Position numbers and translations under genes: made by a program. From the NCBI RefSeq assembly GCF_056746865.1, contig NZ_CM163382.1: a DNA stretch of 64,000 nucleotides. One strand, given 5' to 3'. Shown here one piece after another: positions 14,392-30,280 of this stretch; position 1 is the first letter of the stretch, and the number at the start of each line of letters is the position of its first letter. The notes under the pieces are model-generated. The model searched no databases, was not told the origin of the DNA, and saw nothing but the letters and a program-made list of their open reading frames with translations.

Positions 14392-15639
14392 TTAGCGCTC
14401 AGTTTCGGTGATCCACAGCTGGCCACCTTCCATCCACGCCAGCCACTGACCATCCGGCGAGAAGACCACGGCGTCCGCAGAAGGTGGATTGGCGTGGTTT
14501 TCGGTTAAATACTCAACCTCGCCACTTTGCGCATGGGCACAAGCAATTCGATTATCCAGCACAAAGCCCAACCATTCTCCTGACGGATGCCAGTTAAATG
14601 CAGACTGAATATCCGTTTTGTTATGGGTTAACTGGCGCGGCTCGCCGCCCTGTGGCGAGATAAGCCACAGTTGCACAATGCCGTTATCATCACGCATTAA
14701 AAACGCGATTTGCGTACCCTGCGGATTACAGCGCACCCAGTGGCGCGGGACGTTGACTAACCCCGGATAAGCCCGATGGTGGGTAAAGGTTAAACGTCGC
14801 TGCACAACGCCACGCGGTGGCGCGGGCAGGGTTGTTTCCGTTCCGCTTAACGGCGCATCACCTGCTACTTTCCAGCCAGCTTCATCTTGCGGTAACTCAA
14901 CGATAAACAGCTCCGGCACTTTCTCGCCCTTTGGCGAAAGTGTATCGCCAATAAACGCCAGCGCGTGATTTCCTACCCATCCTTCTTCATAAGCACGATT
15001 GATTTCATTACTGCCAGGCTGCGGCGTGGGCGTGGTTTTACTTACCAGCACGCACCAGTGGCTGCCGCTGTATTCACGCGGATGCTGCTTTTGTATGTTG
15101 ACCGGGCCAAACGGTGCAGCAATACCGACGTTTCGCAAATCCAGCGCCGGATCGAGTTCATGCATTACATGGTCGTTATAGGTAAAGCTCACCCTTTCAC
15201 CGTTCGGGCTAAAGACATGTACATGACTGCCGCCGCGCAGCGCTCCTGGAGTGTACGGTGCGGTAATATCCATTGCATCGAGATTGCTCACCTTGCCGCT
15301 TTCAGCAATCACGCCGCGACGATGATGGAAATCGTAATGCCATGTTTCATCAGGATTTTCAGGTCCGTGGATGAAGACATATTTTTCTGACTTCGGATGA
15401 ACGGTCACCACGCCGACGCGTGCGCCCTGTGACGCGCGATAGATAACCTCGACCTCGCCGGTATGGATATTCACACGCTCAATGGTCTCGCCGGTAAACG
15501 ACGCGCCAGAAGGACGCACGTCAAATACCAGCCACTGGCTGTCGGGCGTCCAGATATTGGTATTGGTGAGCAGGTGATTACGGGGAGCAAAGGTTATCTG
15601 TTTCATGGCGCGGTCCTGATACAAAACGGGTCCCGCCAT
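14392..15639 (-). CDS. yidR: beta-propeller-like protein of unknown function
   Basis: about 415 aa ORF convergent with yidQ; start codon choice (first or second Met) uncertain. Confidence 0.7.
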   Translation of the reverse strand: MAGPVLYQDRAMKQITFAPRNHLLTNTNIWTPDSQWLVFDVRPSGASFTGETIERVNIHTGEVEVIYRASQGARVGVVTVHPKSEKYVFIHGPENPDETWHYDFHHRRGVIAESGKVSNLDAMDITAPYTPGALRGGSHVHVFSPNGERVSFTYNDHVMHELDPALDLRNVGIAAPFGPVNIQKQHPREYSGSHWCVLVSKTTPTPQPGSNEINRAYEEGWVGNHALAFIGDTLSPKGEKVPELFIVELPQDEAGWKVAGDAPLSGTETTLPAPPRGVVQRRLTFTHHRAYPGLVNVPRHWVRCNPQGTQIAFLMRDDNGIVQLWLISPQGGEPRQLTHNKTDIQSAFNWHPSGEWLGFVLDNRIACAHAQSGEVEYLTENHANPPSADAVVFSPDGQWLAWMEGGQLWITETER

Positions 15640-15706
15640 CATACTTCACAAGGACTTCACTTTCAGACAATAGTCTTTCGCCATCGTGATGAATGTGAGT
15701 GAAAAG

Positions 15707-16807
15707 ATGGAACATTTCGACGTGGCGATTATTGGCCTCGGCCCGGCAGGGTCGGCATTGGCGCGAAAGTTAGCCGGCAAAATGCAGGTGATCGCGCTGG
15801 ATAAAAAGCACCAGCATGGTACTGAAGGTTTCAGCAAACCTTGTGGCGGTCTGCTGGCACCGGACGCGCAGCGATCTTTTATTCGCGATGGACTGACGCT
15901 TCCTGTCGATGTGATCGCCAACCCGCAGATTTTCAGCGTCAAAACCGTCGACGTCGCCGCATTGCTCACGCGTAACTACCAGCGAAGCTATATCAATATT
16001 AATCGCCATGCTTTCGACTTGTGGATGAAATCTCTGATCCCCGCCAGCGTTGAGGTTTATCACGACAGCCTGTGTCGAAAAATCTGGCGTGAGGATGATA
16101 AATGGCATGTCATTTTTCGTGCAGACGGTTGGGAGCAGCATATTTCTGCCCGCTATCTGGTCGGTGCCGATGGTGCCAACTCGATGGTGCGGCGACATCT
16201 CTACCCGAACCATCAAATTCGTAAATATGTCGCTATCCAGCAGTGGTTCGCAGAGAAGCATCCGGTGCCGTTCTACTCCTGCATCTTTGATAATGCGATA
16301 ACTGACTGTTACTCATGGAGTATCAGCAAAGACGGTTATTTTATCTTTGGCGGTGCCTATCCCATGAAAGACGGTCAGACGCGTTTCACAGCACTGAAAG
16401 AGAAAATGAGCGCCTTTCAGTTCCAGTTTGGCGAAGCGGTGAAAAGTGAGAAATGTACCGTGTTGTTTCCCTCACGCTGGCAGGATTTTGTCTGCGGTAA
16501 GGACAATGCCTTTCTGATTGGTGAAGCGGCGGGATTTATCAGCGCCAGCTCGCTGGAGGGGATTAGCTATGCGCTGGATAGCGCAGAGATTCTGCGTTCG
16601 GTGTTACTGAAGCAGCCGGAGAAGAGTAACGCCGCCTACTGGCGCGCCACCCGCAAACTGCGTTTAAAACTCTTCGGTAAGATAGTAAAAAGCCGATGCC
16701 TGACCGCACCGGCTTTAAGAAAGTGGATTATGCGCAGTGGTGTGGCGCATATTCCACAGTTGAAAGATTATCCAACGCGTTTCACATCGCCCACCAGCAG
16801 GATGTAA
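15707..16807 (+). CDS. cbrA: FAD-dependent oxidoreductase-like protein (colicin E2 tolerance)
   Basis: N-terminal FAD motif [15 protein letters not shown]; start at MEHFD assumed; 3' end overlaps dgoT by 40 bp. Confidence 0.65.
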
Positions 16808-18060
16808 GAGAGCGCGCCAATCAACGCGACGGCGGAGATATAAACCAGTGCCGGGGCGAAACCGTAACCCTGCGCCAGGTACCCCACCACCAGCGGAACG
16901 GTGATGCCGCCCAGACCACCGGCAAAGTTAAACACGCCGCCGGTTAAACCAATCAGGCGCATCGGTGCCAGAGAAGAGACCAGCGACCAGGTAATCGAAG
17001 CAAAACCGTTGCCGAAGAATGCCAGCGCCATCAGGCACATAATCATCATCGGGTCATTGGTGTAGTTAGCGCCCATAATGCAGGTGGAGATCAGCAAGCC
17101 GCAGATAATCGGCGTTTTACGCGCAAAGCCCAGTGAAAAGCCCTTACGTACCAGCAGATCCGCGACCCAGCCAGAGAGCAGGACGCCGACAAACGCCGCG
17201 AGGAATGGCACAGTGGTCATAAAGCCTGCTTTCAGCGCCGTGATTCCTTTTTCCTGGGTTAAATAGTTCGGGAACCAGGTTAAGAAAAACCACAGTGTAG
17301 AAGCCACCGCAAATTGCCCAAGATAAACGCCGATCAGTTTACGATGGAACACCAGCTTCCAGTCTTTGGCTGTTAACGGCTGACGTGCCTCTTTTTTCAC
17401 CGGCGCATCACCATCCACCAGACCGCCGCCATCACGAATGTAATCCAGTTCAGCTTTGCTGATACCTTTAGTCAGGCGCGGCGGCTGATAAACCTTAAAC
17501 CAAATCAGCGACCAGATAATGCCGATACCACCGGTGACAATGAACACCCAGTGCCAGCTCAACATTTCCTGAATCCAGATCAGCAGCGGAGTCAGAAACG
17601 CCAGACCGACAAACTGACCAGACGTATAAAAACCAACGGCGGAAGCGCGTTCATGTTCCGGGAACCAGCTGGTCACCATCCGGTTATTGGTCGGGAAAGC
17701 GGGCGCTTCGAAAATACCGGTTATCGCGCGCAGACCAATTAATGACATTAATCCCGTGGCAAAGCCCTGGAATAAAGTCGCCACTGACCAGCCAAATATC
17801 GCAATAAAATAAGTCACGCGTGAACCTACGCGATCTAAGAACCAACCGCCGGGGATCTGGCATAACGTATAAAGCCATGCGAAGGCCGAAAATACATAGC
17901 CCATTTCCGCTTTCGTAATGCCGAACTCTTCCTGAATATGAGCGGAAGCCACGGCCAGGTTAGCGCGGTCAACATAACAAATGACCACCGTAATAAAGAT
18001 CATCACCAGCGTCAGATAACGCCGACGCCCCGGCTTTGCTGCATTAACGGGAATATCCAT
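16768..18060 (-). CDS. dgoT: D-galactonate:H+ symporter (MFS)
   Basis: 430 aa from [18 protein letters not shown] topology; heads dgo cluster. Confidence 0.85.
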
Positions 18061-18179
18061 AGCGAGCTTTCTCCAGATTTTGGGCATAGCGAAGCCGCTC
18101 ACCATGCCCTGTAATTTACAGAGGGTTATATTTTTGTATTACTGTTTTAGTGCCCGATGAGGGGCTTACGTGGCAGGAA

Positions 18180-19328
18180 TTACCACTCTGCTACGCTGTT
18201 ATCTTCATGACGCCAGAGCGGATTACGCCAGTCCGGGGCATTTTTACTGAACTCAATAACTTTAGCTTCGTCGATTTCCACGCCTAAGCCCGGTTTCGTT
18301 AGCGGTTTAAAGAAGCCGCCAACCATGCTGAAGTCTTCTTTGTTTTTCACAAAGTCGAGTAACTCCGCGCCTTTGTTGTAATGAATGCCCATACTTTGTT
18401 CCTGAAGTACGGCGTTATAGGAAACAAAGTCGATATGCAGACAAGCCGCCAGTGCAATCGGTCCGAGCGGACAGTGCGGCGCAAGTGTCACGTCATAGGC
18501 TTCTGCCATTCCGGCAATTTTGTAGCATTCGGTAATACCGCCTGCATGAGAGAGATCCGGTTGCAGAATCGAAATACCACCCGCCTCCAGCACACGTTTA
18601 AAATCGAAACGTGAGAACATGCGCTCACCCGCCGCCAGTGGAATATGCGTTTGTGCCGCCAGTTTCGGGTAGTATTCGGCTTGTTCCGCCAGCACCGGCT
18701 CTTCAATAAACAGCGGGCGATACGGCTCCAGTTCTTTAATCAGCACTTTCGCCATCGGCGCGCTGACGCGACCGTGGAAATCAAGACCAAACTCAATCTG
18801 ATTGCCAAAAGCTTCACGAATTTGTGCCACGGTGTTGACTGCCGCATCTACCGCGCGGGAGTTATCAATTAGCCCCAGCTCTTCACAACCGTTCAGTTTG
18901 AAGGTATCGAAGCCGATTTCGCGCAGGGTTTTTATGCCGTCGATAACATCCGCCGGACGATCGCCGCCGACCCAACTGTAGGCTTTAATTTTGTCGCGAA
19001 CCAGGCCGCCCATCAGTTGCCACACCGGCGCATTCAGCACTTTGCCTTTGATATCCCATAACGCCTGGTCGATCCCGGCGATGGCGCTCATCAGGATTGG
19101 ACCGCCACGATAAAATCCGGCGCGATACATCACTTGCCATAAGTCATTGATGCGCGATGGATCCTGACCAATCAAATAGTCACCCAGCTCGTGAACTGCC
19201 GCTTCCACCGTACGGGCGCGGCCTTCAATCACGGGCTCGCCCCAGCCGACCACGCCTTCATCGGTTTCAATTTTCAGGAACATCCAGCGGGGAGGTAAAC
19301 GATACGTGGTAATTTTGGTGATTTTCAT
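18180..19328 (-). CDS. dgoD: D-galactonate dehydratase (enolase superfamily)
   Basis: 382 aa, [32 protein letters not shown]. Confidence 0.9.
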
Positions 19329-19942
19329 TGCACTGCCTCTCGATACGCCTTAACAAATGCTGCTGCCTGCTGCGCGGTGCGTTCTATGGACTGCCCGGCG
19401 CGATAGAGATCGCTGCCTAAGCCTGCCCCTGCACAACCTGCGTCTATCCACTGCGCCAGGTTTTCTGGCGTCACGCCGCCAACGGCAAAGACTGCGATGT
19501 CCGGTGGTAATACCGCTTTTAACGCTTTGATGTATTGCGGACCAAAAGCCGATGACGGAAATATTTTCAGCGCCTGAGCGCCCGCGTCGAGCGCGGTAAA
19601 GGCTTCGGTCGCCGTCGCGCAGCCGGGGCAAACGGTCATGCCGTAGCCCACCGCACGGCGGATCACTTCACTATGGATATTGGGCGTAACGATGAGCTGG
19701 CAGCCCATCCTGGCGAGCACATCGACCTGTTCAGGTTTCAGTACCGTACCTGCGCCAATCAACGCCTTGTCGCCATACGCATCAACGATGGCGGGAATGC
19801 TCTGCTCCCATTGTGGGGAATTCAGCGGGATTTCAACCGCGTCGAACCCGGCGTCAATCACCGCGCCAACATGCGCCAGCGCCTCGTCGGGCGTAATGCC
19901 GCGCAAAATGGCGATCAGCGGGAGTTTAGTTTGCCACTGCAT
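19325..19942 (-). CDS. dgoA: 2-dehydro-3-deoxy-6-phosphogalactonate aldolase
   Basis: 205 aa KDPG-aldolase-like; overlaps dgoD start. Confidence 0.85.
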
Positions 19943-20804
19943 GAGCGATGCTCCTTATACCAGCCTGAAATGCCGTGTCGCCCGCCACCGTCGCCACGTC
20001 GCAACCCATCGCCTGAAAGGCTTGCTGGTAGCGCGCGGTCAGCGATGTTCCGGCGACAAGGGTGATGGCGTGTTGATGGGTCACATAGTCGCGCATACTG
20101 GCAACCTCTGCGCCAATCAACAAACCAGAGAGAAATTCACTGACCTGTTCGCGGGGAAGTGTTCCCAGCACATGCGAGGCGCGAACTTCAAAAAGCTGCG
20201 GCAATATGGCGGGAGCATTAAGGCCACGCTCAAGGCCAGCCGCGAAGGCATCGGCAGAGTTTTCCTGCGGCGGCAAACCTGCGCCAATCAATGAGTGATT
20301 TAACAGTAAATGATGTAATTCACCGGTCATCACGGTGCGAAAATCGTTGATTTGCTGGCTATCGGCCTGCACCCATTTGCAATGGGTTCCGGGCATAACA
20401 TAAAGAGAGGAAGGAGCCAAAGTGCGCGCGCCGATCAATTGTGTTTCTTCGCCGCGCATCACATTATGGTTATCGTCATGAGAGACGCATAATCCGGGAA
20501 TAATCCAGATATTGTCGCCAACAGACGTTAATTGTTCGCCAATAGACGAAAAACGGGCAGGAACGGATAAATACGGTGCAACTTTCCAGCCGACATTGCT
20601 GCCGACCATTCCTGCCATCACCACTGGCGTATTCTCTTCATGCCAGTCGGTCGTCACTTCTGCTAACACCGCAGCCGGAGATTTTCCGTTCAGGCGCGTG
20701 ACGCCTGCTTCTGATTGCCTGCTGTCCAGGCAGTGGTCGCCCTGATAAAGCCAGGCGCGCAGATTGGTCGATCCCCAGTCAATTGCGATGTAGCGAGCTG
20801 TCAT
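19926..20804 (-). CDS. dgoK: 2-dehydro-3-deoxygalactonokinase
   Basis: 292 aa; overlaps dgoA. Confidence 0.85.
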   Translation of the reverse strand: MTARYIAIDWGSTNLRAWLYQGDHCLDSRQSEAGVTRLNGKSPAAVLAEVTTDWHEENTPVVMAGMVGSNVGWKVAPYLSVPARFSSIGEQLTSVGDNIWIIPGLCVSHDDNHNVMRGEETQLIGARTLAPSSLYVMPGTHCKWVQADSQQINDFRTVMTGELHHLLLNHSLIGAGLPPQENSADAFAAGLERGLNAPAILPQLFEVRASHVLGTLPREQVSEFLSGLLIGAEVASMRDYVTHQHAITLVAGTSLTARYQQAFQAMGCDVATVAGDTAFQAGIRSIAHAVAN

Positions 20805-21490
20805 GTGATTTCCTTTAACCTTCGTGTCGAGCTGGCGATCATGGTAAGCGCCGCCTGCTCTGCCGCATCGCCGTCCTGATGCCGTATTGCATCGAACAGC
20901 GCCTTATGTTCCTGGAGCGTTTGCGGCATGTTGGCCTCATCGCCCATCCAGGTTCGTTCAAAAACCGCCCGCTGCAGCGAACTGATCGCAATGCTAAGTT
21001 GCTGTAACACCGGGTTATGCACCGACTGCAGCACCGCCTCGTGGTAGCGAATATCCGCTTCGTTAAACGCTTCGCGGTCCTGATTGTTGGCAATCATCTC
21101 GTTCAGCGCCGATTCAATCTGCGCCAGATCGCTGGAAGTCGCGCGTTCTGCCGCCCAACGGGCAATCGCCGGTTCCACCAGATTTCGCACTTCGCTCATG
21201 GCACTGATAAGCCGTGGGTCGTAGTCGTTTTCCAGCACCCATTGCAGTACGTCAGTGTCGAGGTAATTCCACTGGTTACGCGGTGCCACAAACGCGCCGC
21301 GATAACGTTTCATTTCAATCAGCCGCTTCGCCATCAGCGAGCGGAACACCTCACGGATGATGTTGCGCGAGGTTGCAAACTCCTCACAGAGTTCCGCCTC
21401 AGCCGGAAGCGGCGAGCCTGGCACGTATTTGCCGTGAACGATCTGTTTGCCCAGCGTAATGACGATGCGATCGGTTTTATTGAGAGTCAT
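20801..21490 (-). CDS. dgoR: GntR/FadR-family repressor of the dgo operon
   Basis: 229 aa, N-terminal HTH; first gene of the dgoRKADT cluster. Confidence 0.85.
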   Translation of the reverse strand: MTLNKTDRIVITLGKQIVHGKYVPGSPLPAEAELCEEFATSRNIIREVFRSLMAKRLIEMKRYRGAFVAPRNQWNYLDTDVLQWVLENDYDPRLISAMSEVRNLVEPAIARWAAERATSSDLAQIESALNEMIANNQDREAFNEADIRYHEAVLQSVHNPVLQQLSIAISSLQRAVFERTWMGDEANMPQTLQEHKALFDAIRHQDGDAAEQAALTMIASSTRRLKEIT

Positions 21491-21767
21491 GGAGAGTCCT
21501 TGTGCTCTGTATGTTCTTCTCTACTTTACCCCGATCGATGCATAACGCGGCAACTTTGTAGTACCAGCGTGATGACGTTCGCGTTTGCTGTGTGTGTAAT
21601 GTAGTACAAACTTATATTGTTGTACTACAATTTAGATCACAAAAAGAACAATGCATAAAAAAATGACATGCGTCGGGCAGAAATCTGAAAAGGGATGTCA
21701 GGCGCTAAACAGGAGGGAAAGAAGAGTATGCTTTCAACGGCTTAGCTACTCGTTTAAAGGATTAATC

Positions 21768-22424
21768 ATGAAGTTGAATTTTAAGGGATTTTTTAAGGCT
21801 GCCGGTTTGTGTTCTTTGGCATTTGCGTTGACCGGATGTATCACCTGGGGATTGGTTTCCAATACTGCAAGCCGTCCACATGCCGAGCAATGGCGGTCAG
21901 ACACGATTAAGGGTTTATCGCTGGCTGAAGACAGTAACGGTACGAAAGGCTATGTTTTTGTTGGTGAATCGTTGGACTATCTGTTGACCACCGGCGGCGG
22001 TGAGGTGGTTAAAATGCTGAACGATCCGGCAATTCATGGTGAAAGAATCACCGTTTCTGATAACGCGAAATTTATTTTAAGCAGCAGTAATAAGAAATTC
22101 TCTGGTGCTATTACGCTCTATTACGACTGGAACAACGAAGAAGATAAGGCACTGGCAACACAATATGGTTTTATTTGTGATACCCGGCGTTGTACATGGA
22201 TGCTGGACGGTTTGAAAGGCTCAATCCACCAGAAAAATAAAAAAGCGGATTACTCAAACGTGATGGTTTTCCATCAACCCTTTACGGTGGGATTTTATGA
22301 ATACAAAGCAACAGATGGCGTCCCGCGCGGCCTCGTTAATGCGCTGCTGCCAGTCACTCTTACGCTGGATATAGTAACGTCACCACTCCAGTTCCTGATT
22401 TTATGCACGACCAGAAATTGTTAA
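21768..22424 (+). CDS. yidX: putative lipoprotein
   Basis: start at [24 protein letters not shown] (lipobox), 218 aa. Confidence 0.65.
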   Translation: MKLNFKGFFKAAGLCSLAFALTGCITWGLVSNTASRPHAEQWRSDTIKGLSLAEDSNGTKGYVFVGESLDYLLTTGGGEVVKMLNDPAIHGERITVSDNAKFILSSSNKKFSGAITLYYDWNNEEDKALATQYGFICDTRRCTWMLDGLKGSIHQKNKKADYSNVMVFHQPFTVGFYEYKATDGVPRGLVNALLPVTLTLDIVTSPLQFLILCTTRNC

Positions 22425-22467
22425 TCGCTGCGGGCAAACGCATTCATGCCGTTTGCCCGTTCACTGA

Positions 22468-23280
22468 TTAATTCAGCACATACTTCTCAATAGCAAATGC
22501 CACGCCATCTTCAAGGTTGGATTTGGTGACAAAGTTCGCCACTTCTTTCACCGAAGGAATAGCGTTATCCATCGCCACACCGACGCCTGCATATTCAATC
22601 ATTGCGATGTCGTTTTCCTGATCGCCAATCGCCATGATTTCTTCCGGTTTAATACCTAACACGTCGGCCAGTGATTTCACACCCGTACCTTTGTTAACGC
22701 GTTTATCGAGGATTTCGAGGAAGTACGGCGCACTTTTCAGCACGGTGTATTTTTCTTTCACTTCCTGCGGAATACGCGCAATGGCCTGGTCGAGGATGGC
22801 GGGTTCATCAATCATCATCACTTTCAGGAACTGGGTATTGGGGTCCATTTTCTCCGCTTCGCAGAACACCAGTGGAATGGTGGCAACGAAGGATTCATGC
22901 ACCGTGTAGTAGCTGATATCTCGGTTGGCGGTGTACAGCGTGGTGCGGTCCAGGGCGTGGAAATGAGAACCGACTTCGCGGGAGAGTTTTTCCAGGAAAC
23001 GGTAGTCGTCATAGCTGAGAGCGGTTTGCGCCACAGTGCTACCATCGGCGGCCTTCTGTACCAGCGCGCCGTTATAAGTAATGCAGTAGTCGCCCGGCTG
23101 TTCCATATGCAGCTCTTTCAGGTAGTTGTGAACGCCTGCATAAGGGCGACCCGTCGTTAGCACGACATTCACGCCACGGGCGCGAGCTGCGGCAATCGCA
23201 TTTTTAACGGCGGGTGAAATGGTGTGATCGGGCAGCAGAAGGGTGCCATCCATATCGATAGCAATGAGTTTGATAGCCAT
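22468..23280 (-). CDS. yidA: HAD-family sugar phosphatase (Cof-type)
   Basis: 270 aa, MAIKLIAIDMDGTLL HAD motif I. Confidence 0.85.
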   Translation of the reverse strand: MAIKLIAIDMDGTLLLPDHTISPAVKNAIAAARARGVNVVLTTGRPYAGVHNYLKELHMEQPGDYCITYNGALVQKAADGSTVAQTALSYDDYRFLEKLSREVGSHFHALDRTTLYTANRDISYYTVHESFVATIPLVFCEAEKMDPNTQFLKVMMIDEPAILDQAIARIPQEVKEKYTVLKSAPYFLEILDKRVNKGTGVKSLADVLGIKPEEIMAIGDQENDIAMIEYAGVGVAMDNAIPSVKEVANFVTKSNLEDGVAFAIEKYVLN

Positions 23281-23348
23281 GAGTTCCCCAGGTAGATTGG
23301 TTCCTGACCCATGCTAACGCGATTCCGCTCAAAAATCAGTACAACACC

Positions 23349-23390
23349 CGAAGGAAAAGGGGGATGCAACGCGCGTTGCGTGCTCCCCTT
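23349..23390 (-). terminator. hairpin plus T-run downstream of yidB
   Basis: GC-rich inverted repeat GGGGAGCACGCAACGCG/CGCGTTGCATCCCC followed by TTTTCC on minus strand. Confidence 0.45.
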
Positions 23391-23394
23391 TTGC

Positions 23395-23793
23395 TTAGCG
23401 GAAGAGTTTCCCTTTCAGCAGTTCCATACCTGCGGAAAGCAGATCGTTATTGGCTTGTGGTGACACTTCACCTTGCGGTGAGAGTGCATCAATAATCTTC
23501 GGCAATTGTTCTGCCAGTAAACTGGAAGCTGTACTGGTATCCACGCCAAGTTTTTGTCCAAGATCGGATACCGCGTTTGAGCCGAGTGCTGATTCCAGTT
23601 GCTCGCCGCTAACTGGTTGGTTGCCCTGTTGATTACTCAACCAGGTTGAGAGAATGGCACCTAAGCCGCCACTTTGCAGTTTTTCCAGCAGCACCTGAAT
23701 GCCGCCCTGCTCCTCAACCCAACTTAAAATAGCCTGATATTTCCCCGCATCGCCTTTCAGAAAGGCACCGACAACTTCATCAAAAAGCCCCAT
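23395..23793 (-). CDS. yidB: DUF937 protein
   Basis: 132 aa from MGLFDEVVGA. Confidence 0.7.
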   Translation of the reverse strand: MGLFDEVVGAFLKGDAGKYQAILSWVEEQGGIQVLLEKLQSGGLGAILSTWLSNQQGNQPVSGEQLESALGSNAVSDLGQKLGVDTSTASSLLAEQLPKIIDALSPQGEVSPQANNDLLSAGMELLKGKLFR

Positions 23794-23912
23794 GATAATC
23801 ACCTGTAAAGCGTTACGTGTTGACTCAAAAAGTATAGATCTGCGGGATGATAATTGCGGATTGCAGAAATAAAAAGGGCGAAGATGATCTCCGCCCTTTT
23901 CTTATAGCTTCT

Positions 23913-24022
23913 TGCCGGATGCGGCGTTAACGTCTGATCCGGCCTACAAAATCATGCAAATTCAATATATTGCAGGAGTCTCGTAGGCCTGATAAGCGTA
24001 GCGCATCAGGCACGCTCGCATT
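23913..24022. repeat. REP/BIME-type extragenic palindromes downstream of gyrB
   Basis: GCCGGATGCGGCGTTAACGTCTGATCCGGCCTAC and inverted copy GTAGGCCTGATAAGCGTAGCGCATCAGGC; canonical REP pattern. Confidence 0.65.
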
Positions 24023-24032
24023 GTTAACGTCA

Positions 24033-27548
<3,516 letters not shown>

Positions 27549-27549
<1 letters not shown>

Positions 27550-28649
27550 TACAGTCTCATTGGCATGACAACATAGGCAGCCGACTGTGATGCGGCATCT
27601 TCAATCTGCACGCTGGAAACCGAATCGGTCAGCATCATGCGCACGTTTTCACATTTCAGCGCGTTCAGAACATCCAGCACATAGCTGACGTTGAAGCCGA
27701 TTTCCATCTCCGCACCGCTATAGGTAACGTCGAGGATCTCTTCCGCTTCTTCCTGTTCCGGGTTGTTGGCGGTGATTTTCAGCTGGTTTTCGCTGACATA
27801 CAGACGTACGCCGCGGAATTTCTCGTTAGAGAGAATTGCCGCGCGAGCAAACGCCTGCTTGAGGAGATCGCAACCTGCTTCCAGATGTTTGTCCGGGTTT
27901 TTCGGCAGAACGCGACGGTAATCCGGGAAGCGACCATCCACCAGTTTCGAGGTGAAGATAAAGTCGCCAACGTGGGCGCGAATGTTGTTGCTGCCAATCT
28001 GCACGCGCAGCGGATTGTCGCCGCCGTCGAGCATACGCATCAGTTCAATCACGCCTTTACGCGGCACGATCACCGAATGGCTTGGCAAAGATTGACCAAT
28101 TGGCATTGAACAGACTGCCAGACGGTGGCCGTCGGTCGCCACGGTGCGCAGTTCTTCACCTTCGGTTTCAAACAGCATACCGTTTAAGTAATAGCGAACG
28201 TCCTGATGCGCCATAGAAAACTGGGTCGCTTCAATCAGACGCTTCATCGTCGCCTGCGGCAGGGTAAATTCGACTTCGCTCTGCCAGTCATCGAGATTCG
28301 GGAAATCCGCCGCTGGCAGGGTAGACAGCGAAAAACGGCTACGCCCGGAGCGCACCAGCATCCGCTCACCTTCCAGCTGCACGGCAATTTCCGCGCCTTC
28401 AGGCAGACCACGGCAGATATCAAAGAATTTGCGCGCTGGAACGGTCGTCGCCCCTGGTTCGTGCGGCTGAACCAGCGCAACGCGTGCCACCATTTCCATC
28501 TCGAGATCAGTACCGGTCAGCGACAACGTACCGTCAGCAACCTGTAACAGCAGATTACCGAGAATCGGTAGCGTAGGACGACCACCTAACGGACCGCTCA
28601 CCTGTTGTAGCGGTTTTAATAAATGCTCACGTTCTACGGTAAATTTCAT
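27549..28649 (-). CDS. dnaN: DNA polymerase III beta sliding clamp
   Basis: 366 aa, [36 protein letters not shown]. Confidence 0.95.
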
Positions 28650-28653
28650 AGGT

Positions 28654-30057
28654 TTACGATGACAATGTTCTGATTAAATTGGAAAAATCTTCTTTGATAT
28701 CGTGGCTCTCTTCACGCAGCTGCTCGATCTTACGGCAGGCATGAAGCACCGTCGTGTGGTCACGACCACCAAACGCATCGCCAATCTCCGGCAGACTGTG
28801 GTTAGTCAGCTCTTTCGCCAGCGCCATCGCCATCTGGCGCGGACGCGCCACCGAGCGGGATCGACGCTTGGAAAGGAGATCCGCGACTTTGATCTTGTAG
28901 TACTCCGCCACCGTCTTCTGAATATTGTCGATGGTGACCAGTTTTTCCTGCAATGCCAGCAAGTCGCGCAGCGCCTCACGCACGAAGTCGATGGTGATCG
29001 CCCGTCCGGTAAAGTTGGCGTTAGCAATAACGCGGTTCAGCGCGCCTTCCAGCTCACGTACGTTAGATCGTAGACGCTTGGCGATAAAGAACGCCACTTC
29101 GCCCGGCAAACGAATGTCGTTTTCGTCGGCCTTTTTCATCAGGATCGCCACGCGGGTTTCCAGCTCTGGCGGTTCGATCGCCACAGTCAGCCCCCAGCCG
29201 AAGCGGGATTTCAAACGATCCTCAACGCCGTTGATCTCTTTCGGATAGCGATCCGAGGTGAGAATGATCTGTTGATTACCTTCCAGCAGGGCGTTGAAGG
29301 TGTGGAAAAACTCTTCCTGAGATCGTTCTTTATTAGCAAAAAACTGAATATCGTCGATCAGCAGTGCATCTACGGAACGGTAGTAGCGTTTAAACTCTTC
29401 GATCGCGTTGTTTTGCAGGGCTTTAACCATGTCCTGAACAAAGCGCTCGGAGTGCATATAAACCACTTTGGCATTCGGCTTGCGCGCCATAATGCCGTTA
29501 CCCACCGCATGCAGCAGGTGAGTTTTACCCAGACCCGTGCCGCCATAAAGGAACAACGGGTTATAGGCACCGCCAGGGTTATCTGCCACCTGGCGAGCCG
29601 CCGCGCGCGCCAGTTGGTTAGATTTACCTTCAACGAAGTTATCAAACGTGTGTTTGACGTTTACGTTAGAACGATAGGTCGGTTCTGCCGGGGCCGGGAC
29701 GTTATCCCAACCTGAGCGCGTAGAAGGCGCAGCACGTTGCGGCTGCGTTTGCGCCACCTGTGCAGGGGCCGCGACGTTGCTCGTCACTGCCGCTTGTGGC
29801 GTTTGCGTCACCGGTTTGGTGCCGACTTCAAAACGCAGCTGTGGGGCATCCGCTCCGCAGAAACTGGTTAGCAGTCCATTGATATTATTAAGGTACTTGT
29901 CCCGTACCCAATCGAGGACAAAACGGTTTGGCGCGTACAGGGCCAGCGTGTTATCGCTCAGTTCCGCCTGCAATGGGCGTATCCACATACTGAATTCTGT
30001 GGCTGGTAACTCATCCTGCAATCGGGCAAGACACTGCTGCCAAAGCGAAAGTGACAC
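28654..30057 (-). CDS. dnaA: chromosomal replication initiator DnaA
   Basis: GTG start (plus CAC 30055-30057) giving [22 protein letters not shown], 467 aa; AAA+ Walker [10 protein letters not shown]. Confidence 0.95.
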
Positions 30058-30174
30058 GGCGGACTCCACTCGAACAAAAGTCGATAATGACTAAGGCTGA
30101 AACATTCATGATTGTTGACGTACGTCGAAAAGACCCTGCATGAGGGTGACGCACGAACCGCTGTCTGCGGTTAT

Positions 30175-30280
30175 ATGCCCGATCAAGATCCTGCAAAACG
30201 ATCGGGACCGCGGATCATAGCCTAAACTGCGCAAGAGATCTTCTGTTTCTCACAGATTTTCCCGATTTATCCACAGGACT
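30175..30280 (-). promoter_or_regulatory. dnaA promoter region: GATC cluster and DnaA box
   Basis: GATC sites clustered at 30181-30240; TTATCCACA at 30267-30275; known autoregulation and sequestration architecture of dnaA promoters. Confidence 0.7.

Noticed and set aside
30175-30280. DnaA box plus GATC cluster as a possible replication origin (oriC)
   Set aside because: Only one clear DnaA box, directly upstream of dnaA; no array of 13-mers or multiple R boxes. This is the dnaA promoter; in this gene order oriC lies beyond glmS, outside the window.
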